Source: Candidatus Melainabacteria bacterium 17Bon1m (GTDB lineage: Bacteria; Cyanobacteriota; Vampirovibrionia; Obscuribacterales; Obscuribacteraceae). Taken from it: DNA of 64,000 nucleotides. Below the pieces are notes generated by a model. It saw only the letters and a program-made list of their open reading frames with translations. It was not told the origin of the DNA and made no database searches. The stretch lies in the NCBI GenBank assembly GCA_032128875.1, contig JAVLKG010000002.1, positions 384,001-448,000 of the forward strand, written 5' to 3'. This document shows positions 10,537-20,118 of the stretch, in pieces. The position numbers were made by a program, and so were the translations under genes. Numbering within the stretch: the stretch's first letter is position 1; every line of letters starts with the position of its first letter.

Positions 10537-12650
10537 GGAACTGTGAAGGTCTCTAACACGTAATTGAGCTGTACTTGTCCCCCGGATTCCTTTTGAAGTG
10601 GCCGCACTGCTAAATTGGGAATCTCTTCGCGAAGTCTTTTAAGACGTTCTCTCGAGAAATTGAAATTACTGATTACTACTTCTGCTCTAATAGACTTGAT
10701 TTCTTGCAGCGCTTTTTCTGAAATCGGTATGCCTTCCAAATTGAGGTACTTGAGATGCTTTAGTGATGAGAGTGCTTTTAGACCCTCACCAGTCATCTCC
10801 TTATTGAACTTTATGTCGAGGTTTATAAGGTTGTTTAATTTGCTTAGTGCGCTCAAGTCTTTAGGTTTTAGCCCACATCGTTTTAACCGGAGGCTAGAAA
10901 TATTTTTGCTGTTTTTCAGCGCTTCGACTAACTTTGATCCTCCGCTGGCGGAGTTCACGTTTATGCAAGTAAGGTTATTCAAATTTTGCATATGAGCCAA
11001 CTCATCAGCGTCAATTTGGCTGCCGCAGAAAGAAACAAGTTGAAGCTTGGGAAGTCTACCTATCTGCAAGATGTCTTGATTGTCGATCCAGGTGCCGTCA
11101 AGGTCGAGATAGGTCAAATTTTGCTGTTGCGGAAGCACTCGCAGCAGTTCTTTACCGCCGCGGTGCGCATTCTGCAATATCAGAGCGCCGAGTTCGCCAG
11201 GTCTGAATTTTTCCAGCATCTTCGGATAGATGAAGAGTTGCGCTGAGCCCGCAAATGCAAGGGGACCGGCCGGAACTTTCTGTTCGCCTTTTGCATGGGC
11301 GACGAAGACAGGATATTGATCACCTTTTGATCTTCCGATGAGGCCGATGTCGACGTTTGGGAAATTGCACAAAATTTCTTTGCCGCTCGGTTTTGTGAAA
11401 TAGGCTTTTCCTGTATTCATATACGGATCGGCGCCTTTCGGGGAGCCTCCATCCATAATCTCCATGAATTCACCAGGAATGCCAACCGTATTTTCTTCAA
11501 TTGATTTGACTGGAATTGGTGTCTTTGGCGCAGCTGTTTGCGAAGGCAGAGTACTGTTGCCTGTCAGATAACCCAGTGCATACGAGCCTAGAATAATTAG
11601 TGAACAGACGATATTGCGTGTGCTGAATAGTTGGTTTGCGTCTGATGCAAGCTTGCCCTTTTGTGCTGTTGTAAGCAGTGGTTGACGTCGAGATTCATCG
11701 GTCTCATGCAGTGTTTGCTGAATATTGACTAAAGTTGCTGTCAGCAGTTGTGCATTCGAATAACGTTTGTCAGGATCCTTTTCCAACAGCTTCGCCACCA
11801 CTTCTTCGATGGATGTGGGAAACTCAATGCCCATCGAGGCCTCTTTCAAGCTGAGTGGTTTTTCCGATTGATGTTTCATCATCGTAGAAAGTGCGTTCTC
11901 GCCTATCAAAGGAGGCGCACCAGTTAGAGCCTCATAAATTACGCAACCCAAGGAATAAAGATCCGACCTGCGGTCGACAGCAATTCCCATGCATTGCTCT
12001 GGGCTCATGTATAGAGGACTTCCGAATATTTCTCCTGTCCTCGTCAATGTTTGTTGGTTGAGTTCTTCTTCTGCGCTCCATTTAGCGATGCCGAGGTCGA
12101 CCAATTTGACACTCGAGCATAAGCTTCCTGCCGTGTTTTCTATCAGCATGATATTGCTTGGTTTTAAATCACGGTGAATCAAACCGTTTTCGTGTGCATA
12201 CGCAAGTGCAAAACCTACTTGAATGAAAATATTCAAGGTCTGAGCAAGGGAAAGGCGACCTTTCATCTTGAGATGATCGGCAAGAGTCATACCAGGCACA
12301 TATTCCATTACGAGAAACGGCTGGCCGTCAGCTGTAAGACCAGAATCGTGCACCTTGATCAAGTTTGGGTGGTCGAGACGATTAGCCGCTCTAGCTTCGA
12401 TCTCGAAGCGACGTGCGCTTGATTCGCTGGCGTGAGTATCGAGAACTTTTAGAGCATAATCCGTCTGCAAAATGACATGGCGGACGTGATAAACGCTGCC
12501 CATACCGCCGCGTCCCAGTAGACTCAAGACTTGATAGCGATCTTGAATAATCGAATCTGTTTCAAGAGGCGCGCCTGCTTTCGGCTGCGCATGAACAAGT
12601 TCAATTGTTCGGTCGTCAATCCCTGCTTGTCCTGCCTGGCTACTCGTCAT
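10533..12650 (-). CDS. Hanks-type Ser/Thr kinase (DLG variant) with one TM helix and C-terminal LRR domain
   Basis: GRGGMG, HRDLKPSN, DLG instead of DFG; TM IVCSLIILGSYALGYL; LRRs such as LTYLDLDGTWID, LKYLNLEGIPIS. Confidence 0.9.
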   Translation of the reverse strand: MTSSQAGQAGIDDRTIELVHAQPKAGAPLETDSIIQDRYQVLSLLGRGGMGSVYHVRHVILQTDYALKVLDTHASESSARRFEIEARAANRLDHPNLIKVHDSGLTADGQPFLVMEYVPGMTLADHLKMKGRLSLAQTLNIFIQVGFALAYAHENGLIHRDLKPSNIMLIENTAGSLCSSVKLVDLGIAKWSAEEELNQQTLTRTGEIFGSPLYMSPEQCMGIAVDRRSDLYSLGCVIYEALTGAPPLIGENALSTMMKHQSEKPLSLKEASMGIEFPTSIEEVVAKLLEKDPDKRYSNAQLLTATLVNIQQTLHETDESRRQPLLTTAQKGKLASDANQLFSTRNIVCSLIILGSYALGYLTGNSTLPSQTAAPKTPIPVKSIEENTVGIPGEFMEIMDGGSPKGADPYMNTGKAYFTKPSGKEILCNFPNVDIGLIGRSKGDQYPVFVAHAKGEQKVPAGPLAFAGSAQLFIYPKMLEKFRPGELGALILQNAHRGGKELLRVLPQQQNLTYLDLDGTWIDNQDILQIGRLPKLQLVSFCGSQIDADELAHMQNLNNLTCINVNSASGGSKLVEALKNSKNISSLRLKRCGLKPKDLSALSKLNNLINLDIKFNKEMTGEGLKALSSLKHLKYLNLEGIPISEKALQEIKSIRAEVVISNFNFSRERLKRLREEIPNLAVRPLQKESGGQVQLNYVLETFTVP

Positions 12651-12991
12651 CCGGTCCTCGAAAACTCGGTTGCAAATTAGTTGCTGGCGGGTGCCTTGTG
12701 CACGGTTGGCAGCGTCTGAGCTCCAGTATCAGGAGTCAGAACAAGGGACGTACGCGGCCGACAGTATGAGTAACCCTGTGGTTTTATTCCCTAGACAGTG
12801 ACCTTCTAGACAGACTTGGCTCGTATCGCCTCATTTCCCAGTTAAAAACTGGGATTGTCAAGCGATCGCTCGAGATTTTGTGGGATAGAATTAGACAACT
12901 TTCACTATTTGCGCGCGGAAGTCCCATAGCTCAAGGCCTAGTTGCCTTCGGCGGATTTGTCGCGCCTACCTCCCTGGCTAAGGTGATGTTT

Positions 12992-13201
12992 ATGGTTGAC
13001 ACTGGCTTAATTATTAAGTCCGACAGAGAAGGGCAACCTGCGCTCTTTTTCAAGACCGATGCTCGCGAAATCCTTCCACCTCAAACGCACGCAGAGCGCA
13101 TGGAATGGGTTCGTTCATCATTCTCTCGCTTCTACACTCAAATTGAAGAGAATGATTATGCCTATCAAGTCAAGACTGCTGCGGCTTTGACCCGTTTCTA
13201 G
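12992..13201 (+). CDS. small hypothetical protein (about 69 aa)
   Basis: 3' part of track ORF 12878..13201; aaggtg RBS-like sequence before ATG 12992; no recognisable domain. Confidence 0.4.
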   Translation: MVDTGLIIKSDREGQPALFFKTDAREILPPQTHAERMEWVRSSFSRFYTQIEENDYAYQVKTAAALTRF

Positions 13202-13333
13202 AGCCGATCTGATTCATTGCGTCATGTTGCAGCTTAAAGCCAAGCTGCAAGCCATAAAATAGCGTATTTGCTTTGACTGCCATATAATGTTCAATCCGCT
13301 TGCAACTTTGGTTTGCAGGCGAAAGAGGCTTGT

Positions 13334-14701
13334 ATGGCTGGCAATTCAACTTTGGACGAAAAAGCTGCTCGACGTGTTTTCGTCGAAACTTTCGGCTGCC
13401 AAATGAATAAAGCCGACTCGGAAAACATGCTTGGTCTTTTGAGCGAGATTGGCTATGAGCAAACACTCGATTCCAAGCAAGCCGATCTTTTGATTTTAAA
13501 TACATGTGCAATTCGAGAAGGTGCCGAAGATAAGGTCTTCAGTTACCTGGGTGCATGGGGCAAGCAAAAGAGAAAACGCCCTGAATTAATGATTGCCGTG
13601 GGCGGTTGCGTCGCTCAAGAAAAAGGCGGCTCGATTCTCACTCGGATGCCTTACATCGATATTGTTTTTGGCACGCATAATCTCAATCGGCTACCAGACC
13701 TTGTTTTGAAAGCCAGGAATGAGAAAAAGAGCGTTGTAGAAATTGTTCAAGAACTGCCGGAAGATTTGCCCGAATTGCCTGTCATCAGACAAAGTGATTT
13801 TTCCGCATGGGTTTCTGTGATTTATGGTTGTGACTACAACTGCACCTATTGCATCGTGCCTTATGTTCGTGGCCGCGAGAAAAGCAGAACCGCAGAAGCG
13901 ATTGAAAAGGAAATCGAAGAATTGACGGCTGCAGGTTACCTTGAGGTGACTTTGCTCGGACAAAATGTCACCGCTTATGGTCATGACCTCGATCCAAAAA
14001 TTCACTTGGGAGATTTGATCCGGCGCCTGGAAAAATATAAAGATCTGAAGAGAATCCGCTTCCTGACTGGACACCCTCGCGATCTTCAAGACGGCATTAT
14101 CGATGCTGTTTACGAAGTTGAAAGTGCGTGTGAGTATTTCCATATTCCCATTCAAGCCGGAAGCGATCGTACATTGCGTCGCATGGCACGCGGATATCAA
14201 GTCGATTTCTACAAGCGGCTTATAGAGAAGATTCGCAATAAGATGCCAGAAGCTTCAATTACCAGCGATTTGATTGTCGGTTTTCCTGGTGAAACAGAGC
14301 AAGAGTTCATGGATACTGTCAATCTCGTAGAAGAGATTCAGTTCGACTCCTGCAACACCGCAGCGTATTCACCAAGACCCCATACGCATTCTGCTTCATG
14401 GGCTGATCAACTTCCGGAACATGAGAAGTATGAGCGCTTGCGTTTTCTGAATTCTGTCGTCGGTGATGTTTCGCACAAGATCAACAAACGCTACGTAGGA
14501 AGACGCGAAGAAGTTCTCGTTGAGGGCGAAAGCCAGCGTGATGCAACTCGTTTGACGGGTAGAACACGCACGAATAAAGTAGTCAATTTTGAAGGCGATA
14601 AGTCACTGAAAGGAAAGCTTGTCGACGTCGAGATTCAGTCCGCAAATCCATGGGCACTGCGCGGCTCTCTTTGTGCTGCTGCAGTCCATGTAGTTAAGTG
14701 A
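13334..14701 (+). CDS. miaB: tRNA-2-methylthio-N6-dimethylallyladenosine synthase
   Basis: TFGCQMN, NTCAIRE, GCDYNCTYCIVP radical-SAM motif, C-terminal TRAM domain; ATG 13334 preferred. Confidence 0.96.
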   Translation: MAGNSTLDEKAARRVFVETFGCQMNKADSENMLGLLSEIGYEQTLDSKQADLLILNTCAIREGAEDKVFSYLGAWGKQKRKRPELMIAVGGCVAQEKGGSILTRMPYIDIVFGTHNLNRLPDLVLKARNEKKSVVEIVQELPEDLPELPVIRQSDFSAWVSVIYGCDYNCTYCIVPYVRGREKSRTAEAIEKEIEELTAAGYLEVTLLGQNVTAYGHDLDPKIHLGDLIRRLEKYKDLKRIRFLTGHPRDLQDGIIDAVYEVESACEYFHIPIQAGSDRTLRRMARGYQVDFYKRLIEKIRNKMPEASITSDLIVGFPGETEQEFMDTVNLVEEIQFDSCNTAAYSPRPHTHSASWADQLPEHEKYERLRFLNSVVGDVSHKINKRYVGRREEVLVEGESQRDATRLTGRTRTNKVVNFEGDKSLKGKLVDVEIQSANPWALRGSLCAAAVHVVK

Positions 14702-14739
14702 TTTCATTTTAGTAGGAAGGGAGAGTTAGTTTTAAAGCC

Positions 14740-15258
14740 ATGTCTGAGTCAAAATCAACGACAGCCGCTCAACTCAATCATGTAATCCGCGAATTTGTTG
14801 CGGATGACTTGGCGGCACTCAAGAATTGTTTCGTCGAGCTGCAAGAGTTCGAGCGCGAATTGGTAAGTCATCGTCTGCCCGGTGAGGAAATTGCCGACCG
14901 TTATATTCAAGCTTTGCTGCAACGAAAGAAAGATGGTTCTGCCGAAATTTTTGTAGCAGAAGTAGACGGAAAGGCAGTTGGGTTTTTAAGTGTCCTCCTC
15001 AGTGAAAAGCTGGATGCGGACTTGAATGAGCCCATTGAACTTGCTTACTTGTCCGATATCGTCATCTTGAAAGAATTTCGCAAAGGCGGCATCGGCGAAT
15101 CTCTGGTGAAGCGCGCCGAGCAATATGCGGTCGCCAAGAAAGCCATGTACCTTTCGGCCAATGTTTTGGCAAACAATAAAGGTGGCCGTGCCCTTTATGG
15201 CAAAGCTGGATTCAACGAGTATGAGCTTCTCATGCTTAAGAAATTGCCGACGCCGTAG
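14740..15258 (+). CDS. GNAT family N-acetyltransferase
   Basis: IVILKEFRKGGIG acetyl-CoA motif; N..GRALY.KAGF. Confidence 0.88.
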   Translation: MSESKSTTAAQLNHVIREFVADDLAALKNCFVELQEFERELVSHRLPGEEIADRYIQALLQRKKDGSAEIFVAEVDGKAVGFLSVLLSEKLDADLNEPIELAYLSDIVILKEFRKGGIGESLVKRAEQYAVAKKAMYLSANVLANNKGGRALYGKAGFNEYELLMLKKLPTP

Positions 15259-15262
15259 AAAT

Positions 15263-15943
15263 TTAGATTCTCAGAAGTCGGAAATATTCCTGCAAGTCCA
15301 TTCTGGAAATGCCTGCGTTTTCCGGCGCCCAGTGCTCGTCATAAGCTTTTGAAATTGCCTCGATGTTTCGCAGCAGAAAAATGAGGAAAGACTTTTCGCG
15401 CCATCCGGTTAATTCGTCTGTTGCTGCATTTTGCAACTCCTGGCGGCTGAGAAACCCGTCGCCGTCTTGATCCATGCTGTCAAAAGTTTTTAAGGCATAT
15501 TCGTGGATATCTTGAAACGTTTGACTCAGGTTGATCCCGCCTGACGGAATCGGTACTTTTTTCCAGGCATCTGCGCGCGGTGCCGCCTCACAGGTGCCAT
15601 CCTCGCGTACTTCGATTTGTTCGAAATACTCTTGCAAATCAACTCGCGAGATACCGCGCTTTTCCACTGCCCATTCTTCTTCGTAAGCAGCGCAGATGTC
15701 CTCGATGCGGCGAATGAGAAACAGTAAAAATGACTTTTCTCGCCATCCGGCGGTCGGATCTGTAAATGCATTGGATAGCTCAGTTTGGGTAACGAAACCG
15801 TCGCCATCAAGGTCGAGGCTGTCGTACGCTCCATAAGCGAACACTTTTATGTCGTTGAGTGAAGTCTTGATACAGATACCGTCCTGGGATCTCAGCCAGG
15901 CTGTCTGTGATTGCTCGGCTTGTTGCTGCGATGTGCCTGTCAC
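15263..15943 (-). CDS. EF-hand protein made of two tandem ~80-aa repeats
   Basis: DLDGDGFVTQTE and DQDGDGFLSRQE loops; GWREKSFL.FL and GISR.DLQEYF each present twice. Confidence 0.8.
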   Translation of the reverse strand: MTGTSQQQAEQSQTAWLRSQDGICIKTSLNDIKVFAYGAYDSLDLDGDGFVTQTELSNAFTDPTAGWREKSFLLFLIRRIEDICAAYEEEWAVEKRGISRVDLQEYFEQIEVREDGTCEAAPRADAWKKVPIPSGGINLSQTFQDIHEYALKTFDSMDQDGDGFLSRQELQNAATDELTGWREKSFLIFLLRNIEAISKAYDEHWAPENAGISRMDLQEYFRLLRI

Positions 15944-16077
15944 TAGCTGACCCTCAATAAACGCTCAGGTGTTCTTCTATTATCGGTACTTGCCCGTTAG
16001 CAAGGCCTGATAAACAGCTCGTAAACCCGCGTCCTGCGCTCGCTGTATCCCCATAAAGGGTTATAATAGCGGTCGTT

Positions 16078-17124
16078 ATGCAAGACCAGGCACCTGTTAA
16101 GACGGCAATTAATGCCGAGGAAATTAAGTCCGCTTCCACTTTGTTGAAGGCGGGGCAGCTTGTCGCATTTCCTACAGAGACCGTCTATGGGCTTGGCTGC
16201 GATGCCGCCAATGTAGAGGCTCTGGCCAGGCTCTATCGTGTTAAAGGACGACCAGGCACCCACCCTGTGATTGTTCACCTGGCTTCAGTAGAGCAGCTCA
16301 AAGATTGGGCACAAACAGTTCCGGCCGAAGCTCTGGCATTGGCGAAGAAGTTTTGGCCAGGGCCTATGACTCTCATTTTGAAGAAATCGGATAAAGTGCT
16401 GCCCGAGGTGAGCGGAGGCCAAGACACTGTTGGTCTTAGAATCCCTTCTCATCCCGTGGCGCTTGCTCTCTTGAAGGAATTCAAATCCGGGATTGCCGCC
16501 CCTTCTGCTAATAGACACGGCAGAATCAGCCCCACCACAGCCGCACATGTGAAGTCTGAGCTCGGAGATCTCGTCGCTAAAGTGCTTGATGGCGGAAATT
16601 GTACGGTCGGAATTGAGTCGACAATCGTTGATCTTTCCAGTGACAAACCACGCATTTTAAGACCTGGAATGATCACGCTCGAGGCCATTGAAGCTGCCCT
16701 GAACGAAGCTAAGCAGAAAGAGAAAAAATCCAGCTCAAAGAAGAGACCAGCGACTGAATCAAAGTCTTCTACTGCTTCGGAAAATACTGTTATTCCTCGA
16801 GCTCCTGGTTCTATGTCCAGTCATTACGCGCCAACAACTGGATTGAAACTGTTTGCTCATCATAATCTTCCACGCGCTATCGCTACATCTGAAAGCCTCT
16901 CTATGAAGATTTCCGTGATGGCATTTTCAGCTCCCATCGTCTCTTCCTGTGTAATTACATGGAAGCAGCTGTCTGAAGATCCTAACGAATGCGCCCGCCA
17001 GCTTTATGCATACATGCGGGAGTTGGATACCTCTGGTGCCGACTACATTGTCGTAGAGGAGCCGCCGGAGCTGCCTGAATGGATGGGGATTTTGGACCGC
17101 TTGCGCAGAGCTGCTAACGGATAG
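16078..17124 (+). CDS. tsaC: L-threonylcarbamoyladenylate synthase (Sua5 type)
   Basis: VAFPTETVYGLG, KGRP, WPGP, APSAN, GIESTIVD, C-terminal SUA5 domain (HYAP, ILDRLRRAA). Confidence 0.95.
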   Translation: MQDQAPVKTAINAEEIKSASTLLKAGQLVAFPTETVYGLGCDAANVEALARLYRVKGRPGTHPVIVHLASVEQLKDWAQTVPAEALALAKKFWPGPMTLILKKSDKVLPEVSGGQDTVGLRIPSHPVALALLKEFKSGIAAPSANRHGRISPTTAAHVKSELGDLVAKVLDGGNCTVGIESTIVDLSSDKPRILRPGMITLEAIEAALNEAKQKEKKSSSKKRPATESKSSTASENTVIPRAPGSMSSHYAPTTGLKLFAHHNLPRAIATSESLSMKISVMAFSAPIVSSCVITWKQLSEDPNECARQLYAYMRELDTSGADYIVVEEPPELPEWMGILDRLRRAANG

Positions 17125-17172
17125 ATATTTGCATTTGGTTATCGAACAACGCGAGGTTTTACAGAGAGTCCG

Positions 17173-18177
17173 ATGGCAGATATAGACAAGAAACTGGAAG
17201 GCAACGTCGAAGGCGACTTTTTTGTTGATTCGACTTGCCAGAACATGGATATCTGTCGGCAGATAGCTCCGGAAAACTTCACTTACTGGCAAGATTATGC
17301 AGTTGTGAGCAAACAGCCAGAGGGTGCAAAAGAAACAAAGCAGGCACTGCAGGCGGTGCTTTGTTGTCCTTATGGCTCAATCGGGACGAGTAATAAAACC
17401 GGACTCGCTGACGCAATGCAAGATTTCCCGATTCAGATCGAGAATGAAGTTTATTTTTGCGGATTCAATTCGCCCAAGACTTCCGGTGGCAACAGTTATT
17501 TCATACAACACAAAGGGGGCAATTGGCTTGTCACCGCTCCTAAGTTTCAAGCACAGCTAGTGAAGAAGCTGGAGAATATGGGCGGTGTAGCATATATCTT
17601 TCTGTCCCATCGAGACGATGCCGGCGATGCTGAAAAATTTGCTCAGCACTTCAAGGCAAAACGAATTATCCACAGGCATGAATTAGAAGCTCAGCCGCAC
17701 GCTGAGGAGGTTTTGAACGAGACAGAGACATACGATTTTCAGCCTGAATTCACTGTTGTTCCATCTCCTGGCCATACAGAAGGTCACATGATGTTGATCT
17801 ATAAGAACAAATATTTGTTCTCCGGAGATTCTCTTTATTACGATCGCAAAGAAACAAGGCTGGAAATTTGGAATCCGCTCTGGACCTGGTATTCATTTGA
17901 AGAGCAGATCATGTCTATGGAGAAGCTCTTGAATCGTGAATTCGAATGGCTTTTACCGGCCCACGGTCAGCGTGTCCATCTGGATAAGTCTCAAATGAAA
18001 CAGCAACTCCAGGATGCAATTGACCGAGCCTGGCAATTACCGGACCCGGAAGCTGCGAGTTCACTGCGCGTTCAGATATTAGAGCAGTACGCTGATGAGC
18101 TGCGCACCGGAAAACAACCCGAATATGCCAAACTCATTCAAGCCAAGGCAGATTGGCTGAGAACACTCATCAAATAG
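17173..18177 (+). CDS. MBL-fold metallo-hydrolase with N-terminal ferredoxin-like domain
   Basis: FFVDSTCQNMDICRQIAP...CCPYGSIG; SHRDD, PGHTEG, FSGD, PAHG. Confidence 0.85.
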   Translation: MADIDKKLEGNVEGDFFVDSTCQNMDICRQIAPENFTYWQDYAVVSKQPEGAKETKQALQAVLCCPYGSIGTSNKTGLADAMQDFPIQIENEVYFCGFNSPKTSGGNSYFIQHKGGNWLVTAPKFQAQLVKKLENMGGVAYIFLSHRDDAGDAEKFAQHFKAKRIIHRHELEAQPHAEEVLNETETYDFQPEFTVVPSPGHTEGHMMLIYKNKYLFSGDSLYYDRKETRLEIWNPLWTWYSFEEQIMSMEKLLNREFEWLLPAHGQRVHLDKSQMKQQLQDAIDRAWQLPDPEAASSLRVQILEQYADELRTGKQPEYAKLIQAKADWLRTLIK

Positions 18178-18198
18178 ATGAAGCAGTAGAATGGATGT

Positions 18199-18519
18199 AT
18201 GAGTGAGAAACAAGAAGCTAATACATCATCCGATTCCAGCATGGAAGAAAGTTCTTCTTTCGAGCCTGTTACAGCCGCAGACCCGGCAGTACAATCTGGA
18301 AGCGCCGTTGTCGCTGCAGGAGCAAATGCGGTATCGAAGTTTCCCCTCACCGACAAGACCGATAAGGTAAAACCACCTCTAACACTGGAAGAGAAAAGGA
18401 AGGTATGGATCCGCCGCATCATAGGTGCGATTTTGTTCTTTTCGATTTTAGGATGTTTGGCTCTGCTTGCAGCGGCGCAAGCAGTCACGTTCTTGTTCAA
18501 AACGATCCTTAGCCCTTAG
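18199..18519 (+). CDS. small membrane protein
   Basis: Ser/acidic N-terminus and C-terminal hydrophobic helix; follows the MBL gene on the same strand. Confidence 0.6.
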   Translation: MSEKQEANTSSDSSMEESSSFEPVTAADPAVQSGSAVVAAGANAVSKFPLTDKTDKVKPPLTLEEKRKVWIRRIIGAILFFSILGCLALLAAAQAVTFLFKTILSP

Positions 18520-18548
18520 ATTCTTAGGCTTCATTTGCTTTTATATCG

Positions 18549-20111
18549 TTAGCTGTTGATCGCGTTAGTTTCCAGAGCGACCGGGCATTTGCCGGTGGCG
18601 CCCATTCTTCGCACCAGCATAACCGCGAGTTCTTCCATTGCTTTATCGGAAGGGTCGAATGTGCACATATAAGTTGCGGCTCTTGAAACAGCCAGGCAGT
18701 CGTAGGGAATATCAGCGGCAATGCCGATGAAATTGGACGTGCTGTGCTCCAGCGCTTTTGCAAGTTCTAATTGACCGCGGTTTAAGCCGGCGCGGAAAGT
18801 GACCAGCACAACGTTCTTTTCTTTGGCTTGTATCAATAGCTTTTCAATCTCGGCCTTATCCGGATCGACCGTATATCTGATTTCTTCAAGCGCCGGTTTC
18901 ATTCCGTTGAATTTCAATTGCTCCTGAAGAAACTTTCCGAGCGGCAGCGGATAGCGTGGATGGTTTGGAACGATAACTGTAACGGGGTTTTCTGTGATGT
19001 TCTGAAACTCGCCTTGCAACAGCGTTATCGCGCTTTGGTAAATTGAGGAAATGCGAGCATTGTCGTCCTCCAGCCAACCTTTCAATTGGGCAACTCGAGA
19101 CTTTGGATCAATGCTAGGTTTTTCGTTGTTCGCAAAAAGCTTTTCGATGCGCTCATTTGCCTGGCGAATTCTTTCCTCTTTCAATCGACCTGAACGAACT
19201 GCGTCGATAATATGCTGATGTGCATTTTTCAATTCGGCTGCCGACGAGCAAAGCAGCAAGACGTCGCAGCCGGCTTCTACAGCTAATAGAGCCGATTCTG
19301 CTAAGCCGTATTTATTGGTAATTGCTTTCATCATCATGTCGTCAGTGAAAATTAGACCGTCAAAGCCGAGCTCTTTTCGCAGTACATCTTGCAAAAGTTT
19401 AGAGGACAGCGTAGCTGGCAAAGGCTCCTTTTCATAAGCTGTCAGCCAAACGTGGCCAGCTAGAAGAGCAGGGGCCAGCTGCGCGCAATTCTTGAATGGT
19501 TTCAATTCCAATTCTTGTACTGATTGTTTGGCACGGTCAATCACCGCCAGCTCCGAATGCGAGTCTTGACCGGTATCTCCGTGACCTGGATAGTGTTTTA
19601 TGACCGGAATTACACCTTCCTGCATAAACGCTTCCAGCATTGCTTTGGCAAAGCGTGAAACGGTTGCTGTATCGCAAGAGAAGGCGCGAGTGCCAATAAT
19701 GGGATTGAGCGGATTACTTGCTACATCGACTACCGGCGAAAGCACGCAGTTGACTCCGAGTGCTCGCAACTGTTTACCGTTGACTACGGCGGCTGTCTCA
19801 GCATATTTTTCATTGTCGGTTGCAGCCAGCGCCATAAGAGAAGGCAGTGGTGACAAAACATCGTCAAAGCGCTGGACCGCGCCACCTTCTTGGTCTACAC
19901 AAATGATTGGATTGAAGATAGAACTGCGGGAAATTTTTGCTACGAGTTCTGACAACTGAGTCAAATTCTCTACGTTGTCTTTGAAAATGCAGATACCACC
20001 CGCGGTGCCGTCTTTGAGGAGTTGTTCGTACTCACCATCCAAAGTCTTAGCGGGAAGTCGCCCGACAAGCATCCGTCCTACAGCTTTTTCAAGACTTTCG
20101 TCGGCGGGCAC
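18549..20111 (-). CDS. nagZ: beta-N-acetylhexosaminidase (GH3)
   Basis: VDQEGG.VQR, KHYPGHGDT..DSH, FTDDM.M. Confidence 0.88.
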   Translation of the reverse strand: MPADESLEKAVGRMLVGRLPAKTLDGEYEQLLKDGTAGGICIFKDNVENLTQLSELVAKISRSSIFNPIICVDQEGGAVQRFDDVLSPLPSLMALAATDNEKYAETAAVVNGKQLRALGVNCVLSPVVDVASNPLNPIIGTRAFSCDTATVSRFAKAMLEAFMQEGVIPVIKHYPGHGDTGQDSHSELAVIDRAKQSVQELELKPFKNCAQLAPALLAGHVWLTAYEKEPLPATLSSKLLQDVLRKELGFDGLIFTDDMMMKAITNKYGLAESALLAVEAGCDVLLLCSSAAELKNAHQHIIDAVRSGRLKEERIRQANERIEKLFANNEKPSIDPKSRVAQLKGWLEDDNARISSIYQSAITLLQGEFQNITENPVTVIVPNHPRYPLPLGKFLQEQLKFNGMKPALEEIRYTVDPDKAEIEKLLIQAKEKNVVLVTFRAGLNRGQLELAKALEHSTSNFIGIAADIPYDCLAVSRAATYMCTFDPSDKAMEELAVMLVRRMGATGKCPVALETNAINS

Positions 20112-20118
20112 TTTTTGT

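Noticed and set aside
10533-12650. DLG kinase as a pseudokinase
   Set aside because: Gly loop, catalytic Lys, HRD and the metal-binding Asp are intact; DLG is a tolerated variant
12917-12990. tRNA-like opening (gtcccatagctcaagg)
   Set aside because: No T-loop (TTCGA) and no acceptor-stem partner or CCA at the expected distance
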